Positions 58,865-64,000 of a stretch of 64,000 nt of DNA are shown here, in pieces. Origin of the DNA: Candidatus Magasanikiibacteriota bacterium (GTDB taxonomy: Bacteria; Patescibacteriota; Patescibacteriia; Magasanikbacterales; UBA922); assembly GCA_041665025.1 (NCBI GenBank), contig JBAYJP010000004.1, forward strand, positions 26,311 through 90,310, in the 5' to 3' direction. Positions within the stretch are counted from its first letter, which is position 1. Every line of letters begins with the position of its first letter. The notes beneath the pieces were generated by a model that saw nothing but the letters and a program-made list of their open reading frames with translations, made no database searches and was not told the DNA's origin. Position numbers and translations under genes: made by a program.

Positions 58865-60124
58865 ATGGTCCGAAATAGAGTACACACAGAACTCATTGCA
58901 GGGCTTGATATTGGTTCAAGCGTTGTTCGGCTTGCAGTCGGACAACTTTCTTCTTCCAAAGACAGCACACCTCGCTTACAGATTATTGGTGCGGTAGAAG
59001 TTGCTTCTGAGGGTATACAGAAGGGGCAGATTATAAGTATTGAGGATACGGTATCTGCAGTCTCGCATGCTCTTGAACAAACAGAAAAGCTTGTTGGCGT
59101 CCCCATCTCAGATGTATGGGTTGGGGTTTCAGGTACGCAAATTATTTCTCAAGAGAGCAAAGGTGTTGTAGCTGTTTCACGTACAGATGGCGAAATAGCA
59201 GATGAGGATATTGAGCGAGCAGTGGAAGCTGCCAAAGCTGTCGCCGCGCCATTGAATTATGAGATATTGCATGTGTTGCCGCGTACGTTTGCTGTAGACG
59301 GTCAAACCGGTATAAAGGATCCTGTTGGCATGACAGGCATTCGGCTTGAAGTTGATACAAAGATTATCCATTGTGTTAGTTCTCATATAAAAAATTTGAG
59401 TAAAGTAGTGTACCGAGCAGGTGTTGATATTGATGATTGTGTACTTCTTATTTTGGCTGCGGGAGAAGTTGTCGCAGGTAGCAGACAGAGGGAGTTAGGG
59501 TGCGTAGTTATCAATATAGGGGGTCCCACTACGAGTATGGTGGTATATGAAGATGGAGATGTCTTACATACCGCAGTTATTCCTATTGGATCTTCTCATA
59601 TTACCAATGACTTAGCATTAGGGCTTCGAACATCAATTGATATAGCAGAGCGAGTAAAAGTTGAACATGGTGAATGCGTAAGCAAAGGCATCTCAAAAAA
59701 AGATGTCATAGATTTACAGGATTTTGGTGCAGACAAATCAGAGATTGTTTCACGTTATTATATCGCCCAAATTATTGAAGCGCGTGTCAGTGAAATACTT
59801 GAAAAAGTTGATCTTGAGTTATCGCGTATTGACCGTAGTGGTATGCTTCCTGCCGGCGCTATTTGCATTGGCGGGGGATCAAAAATACGAGGAATGGTGG
59901 ATTGCACCAAAGAGGTTTTGTCTCTGCCTGCGCAATTGGGCTATTCAATGGGTATGGATAGTATTTCAGATAAAATTAATGATATTGCATTTTCTCCAGC
60001 TATTGGTTTGGTGAAATGGGGGAGCACACTTTCGCACGTTGGGAAAAGGAAATTTGTAAGAAGCAATGTAGTTGGAAAAGTTGCTGAAAAAGTTAAAGGA
60101 ATTTTTAAGAGTTTGATTCCGTAG
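58865..60124 (+). CDS. ftsA: cell division protein FtsA
   Basis: Actin-like ATPase pattern IAGLDIGSS...GGGT..IGS, 419 aa, directly upstream of ftsZ. Confidence 0.9.
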   Translation: MVRNRVHTELIAGLDIGSSVVRLAVGQLSSSKDSTPRLQIIGAVEVASEGIQKGQIISIEDTVSAVSHALEQTEKLVGVPISDVWVGVSGTQIISQESKGVVAVSRTDGEIADEDIERAVEAAKAVAAPLNYEILHVLPRTFAVDGQTGIKDPVGMTGIRLEVDTKIIHCVSSHIKNLSKVVYRAGVDIDDCVLLILAAGEVVAGSRQRELGCVVINIGGPTTSMVVYEDGDVLHTAVIPIGSSHITNDLALGLRTSIDIAERVKVEHGECVSKGISKKDVIDLQDFGADKSEIVSRYYIAQIIEARVSEILEKVDLELSRIDRSGMLPAGAICIGGGSKIRGMVDCTKEVLSLPAQLGYSMGMDSISDKINDIAFSPAIGLVKWGSTLSHVGKRKFVRSNVVGKVAEKVKGIFKSLIP

Positions 60125-60174
60125 TAAAAATTGAAAGTTGAGACATCATCCGAGAGGGTGGTGTTTTTTATTTT

Positions 60175-60290
60175 CCTTCGGCGATGCAACTCATCCCCTT
60201 ACCCCTTCTCTTAAAAAGAGAAGGGAATATATTTTCGTCGCCCCTCTCTTCGTAAGAGAGGGGGGGTGAGTTGCGTGGCCGAAAGGAGGG
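60175..60290. repeat. GC-rich nested-hairpin element (family with 28431-28521)
   Basis: Outer ttcggc/gccgaa and gcaactcatcccc/gggggtgagttgc stems enclose cttctcttaaaaagagaag and cccctctcttcgtaagagagggg hairpins. Confidence 0.7.
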
Positions 60291-60509
60291 AGTTAGAGGG
60301 TGGTTTGCGTTGCAGAGTAAAAGAAAAAGAACTTCATAGTATACAAATTGTATTCAATTCCTTGACACATGTTTTTATAATCGTTACACTAATACCATCA
60401 AAAAGTTTTTGAATAGTTTATTTGTATAATGAACAAAAATAGTGTTCAAATAAATTTTTTTCTCTAAACTTTATAACATTATAACTTTAAAATTTTTAAC
60501 TATCACTTT

Positions 60510-61799
60510 ATGCCTCAAGTAAAACCTGAAGTCGAAACATTTGCTAAAATAAAAGTCGTAGGAGTTGGAGGGTCCGGAGGGGCGGCTATCAACCGAATGG
60601 TTGAGAGTAAAATTCGTGGCGTAGAATTTATTGTACTTAATACTGATGTACAGGCTTTGCATCATAATAATGCACCAAAAAAATTACACATTGGTAAAAC
60701 CATTACACGCGGTCTTGGTGCAGGAATGGATCCTGAAAGAGGCAAAAAAAGTGCTGAAGAATCACAAAATGAAATTCGTGAAATTTTGAAAGACACGGAC
60801 ATGATTTTTATCACGTGCGGTTTGGGCGGCGGTACAGGGTCAGGAGCAGCTCCAATCGTCGCACAAATAGCCAAAGACATGGGAGTTCTAACCGTGGGCG
60901 TTGTTACTAAACCTTTTACTTTCGAAGGACCTCAGCGTAAGCTTATTGCTGACAGAGCACACGAAGAACTCGCGCGTCACGTGGATACGATTATTACCAT
61001 ACCAAATGATCGCATTTTGCAGATTATCGATAAAAAGACTTCTCTACTTGAAGCATTCAAAATCGTTGATGATGTATTACGCCAGGGGGTCCAAGGTATT
61101 TCTGAACTTATCACGGTTCCAGGTCTTATCAATGTCGATTTTGCCGATGTCCGAACTATTATGAGCGATACGGGTTCTGCCCTTATGGGCATTGGTGTGG
61201 GTAAAGGAGATAATCGTGCGATAGACGCAGCAAAGGCTGCGATATCTAGTCCGTTGCTTGATTTATCTATTGATGGGGCGCGTGGAATTTTGTTTACGAT
61301 TACTGGTGGAAACAATTTGGGAATGCAAGAGGTTGCCGAAGCTGCCAAAGTTATTACCAGTTCGGCTGATGATAATGTGAAAGTTATTTTTGGTACGGTT
61401 ATCGACGAACAAATGGGTGATGATGTTAGAGTTACTGTTGTGGCGACAGGGTTTGAAGAACGTGACCATATGCCGAAATTATCAAATGATTCTCAAAATC
61501 CTGGATTGGATGCATTTACGATTAGACGGCCATTATTTTCATCTTCCCAATTATTTACCAAGCGTTCGGATAATGACGCAAAAGAAAAAGAACGTACAGA
61601 GCCAAATGATGACAATGACATGGAAGATATCCCGATAATTCCTCGAACTCCATTTGTGAAAAAAACAGTGGAGAGTATGTTGAATCCATCATCAAACCTT
61701 GCTTCTCAATCGAGCAAATCGGCCTCTGATGCCAGTAAAGACGGCGATAGTGAAGATCTTGAAATTCCTGCATTCATACGAAAGAAAATGGGGATGTAG
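60510..61799 (+). CDS. ftsZ: cell division protein FtsZ
   Basis: GVGGSGGAAINRM, the tubulin signature GLGGGTGSGAAPI, and the T7 loop region. Confidence 0.95.
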   Translation: MPQVKPEVETFAKIKVVGVGGSGGAAINRMVESKIRGVEFIVLNTDVQALHHNNAPKKLHIGKTITRGLGAGMDPERGKKSAEESQNEIREILKDTDMIFITCGLGGGTGSGAAPIVAQIAKDMGVLTVGVVTKPFTFEGPQRKLIADRAHEELARHVDTIITIPNDRILQIIDKKTSLLEAFKIVDDVLRQGVQGISELITVPGLINVDFADVRTIMSDTGSALMGIGVGKGDNRAIDAAKAAISSPLLDLSIDGARGILFTITGGNNLGMQEVAEAAKVITSSADDNVKVIFGTVIDEQMGDDVRVTVVATGFEERDHMPKLSNDSQNPGLDAFTIRRPLFSSSQLFTKRSDNDAKEKERTEPNDDNDMEDIPIIPRTPFVKKTVESMLNPSSNLASQSSKSASDASKDGDSEDLEIPAFIRKKMGM

Positions 61800-61840
61800 A
61801 CGAAGTTGAAAGTTGTAAAGTTAAAAGTTATAAAGTTGAC

Positions 61841-61868
61841 AAAAGCCATCATTCTGTATGGCTTTTGT
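61841..61868 (+). terminator. rho-independent terminator after ftsZ
   Basis: aaagccat-cattctgt-atggcttt followed by tgtgt. AT-rich stem, moderate strength. Confidence 0.5.
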
Positions 61869-61999
61869 GTATTTTACACATTTTGTGTTTAAGAAAGATA
61901 ATGTGGTATACTAACAAAGTTAAATGTCATAATGTTCCAAGTTATAACGTACGAATTGGTAACTTTATAACTTTTTACTTTCAACTTTATAACTTTCGT

Positions 62000-62464
62000 A
62001 TGCATTGTCCCGTCTGTAGTTCAAAAGAGACAAAAGTTGTTGATTCCCGTCTTACACATGGGGCATATGCCATCCGGCGTCGTCGTGAATGCGAAAAATG
62101 CGAGTATCGATTTTCCACAGTTGAAGAAATGGAGTTGCTTGATATTGTAGTGGTAAAAAATGATGGGCATCGTGAGTCCTATTCTCGGAAAAAATTAGAG
62201 ACCGGTATTTTGCATTCGCTCTCCAAGCGTCCGTATACACAAGATAATTTTGATCGCATGGTTCACGGTATTGAACGCGATATTCAGAAAAAACATAAAG
62301 AAGAAATAACAAGCAAAGAAGTTGGGGATTTGGTGATGAAACATCTTAAACGATTTGATAAAGTTGCCTATATACGTTTTGCATCGATTTATCGGGCTTT
62401 TGAAGACGTGAACAAATTTCAGTCAGAAGTCCGTTCATTGCAAAAAAAAGATAATAATAATTGA
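62000..62464 (+). CDS. nrdR: transcriptional repressor NrdR
   Basis: MHCPVCSS...CEKC zinc ribbon and an ATP-cone. The ATG at 62000 is chosen over the long upstream extension, which runs through repeat DNA. Confidence 0.9.
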   Translation: MHCPVCSSKETKVVDSRLTHGAYAIRRRRECEKCEYRFSTVEEMELLDIVVVKNDGHRESYSRKKLETGILHSLSKRPYTQDNFDRMVHGIERDIQKKHKEEITSKEVGDLVMKHLKRFDKVAYIRFASIYRAFEDVNKFQSEVRSLQKKDNNN

Positions 62465-62482
62465 ATTTAACCTTAGTACTCT

Positions 62483-62941
62483 ATGTCTCATAATATGTCT
62501 CACATTGGGAAAGAAGAAAAAGTCGAAGAACTCAAAAAGAAAGGTGTTGTGGAAGATGCAGACGAAGAAAAAGAAACGGTCGTGTTACATGAAAAAAAGC
62601 AAAACGTATCTCAAGAATCAACTGAAGGTTTGAAAGAACTGATAGAAAAGAATATTAAATGGTCTCAGGTTATATATAATCAAAACAAAAAAATAAAACA
62701 TCGGTTGACTCTTTTGGTGTTGGGAAATTATTTTAGGTTATTGCTCATTCTCGTTCCTTTAATTTTGGCTATTGTGTATTTGCCTCCGTATATTGAAGAT
62801 CTGTGGAAACAATACGAACCTTTGATCAATACATACATCAATTCTCAGGACACCATGTCTTCGTTACTAAATACGGTTAATAATTCAGGATTAGATAGAC
62901 AGCAGTTGCAAAATATATTAAACCAGATGGGACAACAATAG
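62483..62941 (+). CDS. hypothetical membrane protein
   Basis: Acidic N-terminus and a single TM helix (LTLLVLGNYFRLLLILVPLILAIVYL). Confidence 0.4.
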   Translation: MSHNMSHIGKEEKVEELKKKGVVEDADEEKETVVLHEKKQNVSQESTEGLKELIEKNIKWSQVIYNQNKKIKHRLTLLVLGNYFRLLLILVPLILAIVYLPPYIEDLWKQYEPLINTYINSQDTMSSLLNTVNNSGLDRQQLQNILNQMGQQ

Positions 62942-62946
62942 GATGT

Positions 62947-63261
62947 ATGTTGAAATTTAGCGATAGAGTTTATCGTATTATAAAGAGGGTTCCCAAAGGC
63001 AAAGTTACTACCTATATGGCTATTGCCCGATCCTTAGGTAATCCAAAGTCTTCGCGAGCAGTGGGCAATGCACTTCATACAAATCCGAATCTGGTGCATA
63101 TCCCGTGTCATCGAGTTGTACGTAGCAATGGGGAAATAGGAGGGTATGCGGGTGGACAAAAGAAGAAAATAGTTTTGCTTCGGAGAGAAGGAGTCGAAGT
63201 CAAAAATAATAAGGTTGATTTGCATAAATATTTTCTTGATTTGACTAGAAAAAAATGGTAG
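62947..63261 (+). CDS. methylated-DNA-[protein]-cysteine S-methyltransferase DNA-binding domain protein (Ogt/MGMT-like, short)
   Basis: Active site PCHRVV and a preceding helix-turn-helix. Only ~104 aa, with no N-terminal domain. Confidence 0.75.
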   Translation: MLKFSDRVYRIIKRVPKGKVTTYMAIARSLGNPKSSRAVGNALHTNPNLVHIPCHRVVRSNGEIGGYAGGQKKKIVLLRREGVEVKNNKVDLHKYFLDLTRKKW

Positions 63262-63340
63262 CGTACCTATGTCTTAGGTAAAAAGCATAGATCATACATC
63301 GGGCACGTATGATGTATGATTTTTAAATGTATATTTTAGT

Positions 63341-64000
63341 ATGGAACATACACATCAATACAAAACATTTTCATTGAAGGTTGTCCTTATCTCAGCCCTT
63401 GCTGGGTTATTTGGAGGCCTTATTTCTCCTTATTTCTATTCGTTTATTGAAAGTAAAATAATAAGGAATAATGGTGGCGAAGGAGGTAATGTCTTTTTGA
63501 CACAAAAAGTACTTAATGAAGAGCCCGTCGTCATAGACGTAGTGGAAAAGACAAACAAAGCCGTTGTGAGCATTGTAATCAAGAAAGATATTAGTCAACT
63601 CAATAACCAAAATATTTCTCCATTTTATGATTTTTTTGGTTTTGGTTTTCCATTTAGTGAGTTAGAGGGACCAAGACCTGAGCAGGAAGAAGACGAAATA
63701 CAAAATTCTCAATTGCAGCGTATAGGCGGGGGGAGCGGATTTATTGTTCAAGCAGATGGTTTGATTGTGACAAATAAACATGTGGTAGCCGATGAGGCGG
63801 CGGTATACACTGTCGTGTTATCTGATGGAGCTGAATATAATGCCGAAGTATTGGCACGCGATCCAGTGCTTGATGTCGCACTTATAAAGATTGATGCACA
63901 GAATTTGCCAACGCTTACGTTGGGCAACTCAGACAATTTAAAAATCGGGCAAAGTGTTGTTGCTATTGGCTATGCACTCGCTGAATATGGCAACACGGTC
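63341..64000 (+). CDS. HtrA/DegP-family trypsin-like serine protease (5' partial, runs off window)
   Basis: N-terminal TM, then GSGFIV...VTNKHVV (His box) and DVALIKI (Asp box). The ORF is open to the window end. Confidence 0.75.
   Translation, partial: MEHTHQYKTFSLKVVLISALAGLFGGLISPYFYSFIESKIIRNNGGEGGNVFLTQKVLNEEPVVIDVVEKTNKAVVSIVIKKDISQLNNQNISPFYDFFGFGFPFSELEGPRPEQEEDEIQNSQLQRIGGGSGFIVQADGLIVTNKHVVADEAAVYTVVLSDGAEYNAEVLARDPVLDVALIKIDAQNLPTLTLGNSDNLKIGQSVVAIGYALAEYGNTV

Noticed and set aside
61865-61999. Upstream extension of nrdR (track start 61865)
   Set aside because: The extension translates repeat DNA (tataacttt arrays) and includes the ftsZ terminator. The canonical NrdR N-terminus MHCPVCSS begins at 62000.
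1-64000. CRISPR array
   Set aside because: All repeat arrays seen are palindromic or heptamer microsatellite-like, without regularly spaced direct repeats and unique spacers. No cas-like genes are present.
1-64000. Prophage or integrative element borders (integrase, attL/attR)
   Set aside because: No integrase, recombinase, terminase or capsid-like gene was seen. Both tRNA clusters sit among ordinary housekeeping genes, with no adjacent recombinase or foreign gene block.

Overview
This 64 kb window has low GC (about 35-38% by eye) and densely packed, mostly co-directional genes. The gene content is consistent with a reduced-genome bacterium of the Candidate Phyla Radiation (Patescibacteria) type, but that placement is an inference from gene content, not a database result. 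Housekeeping genes are clearly recognisable: adk, map, ruvX, recO, asnS, rsmB-like, clpP, nrnA, smc, rpsP, khpA-like, lepB, hisS, rpsU, yqeY, ybeY, dgkA, ftsA, ftsZ, nrdR, ogt-like, htrA-like, comF and hsp20. Five tRNAs lie on the minus strand, three of them a Ser-type cluster. The accessory content is the interesting part. (1) A type-IV-secretion-like cluster at 7878-19452 holds a giant VirB6/TrbL-like protein, a PrgI/VirB3-like protein and a VirB4 ATPase that is split into two in-frame ORFs by a 100-bp palindromic element. (2) Two adjacent genes at 40388-55234 carry paralogous N-terminal modules that resemble VirB2/TrbC-type T4SS pilins. One of them is a 4201-aa protein with LamG, IPT-like, 8-bladed-propeller and Myxococcus-type Cys-rich repeat regions. 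Three tandem paralogous membrane proteins with DxDxDG calcium-binding repeats follow it. Together these look like a pilin-tethered giant adhesin system, which I put forward as the candidate previously undescribed system. (3) A family of near-identical ~76-bp palindromic elements built from TACGAAA heptamers occurs in at least 8 intergenic sites, and at least two other palindromic repeat families are present. (4) Both four-helix-bundle (23S rRNA IVS-type) genes are bracketed by inverted repeats made of triple sub-repeats, like mobile cassettes. (5) A ~480-bp high-GC island at 29270-29750 encodes a small secreted Cys-rich protein and is probably horizontally acquired. A candidate promoter-to-terminator sRNA sits beside it. 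(6) An IS200/RAYT-like transposase is present. No CRISPR array and no rRNA were seen.
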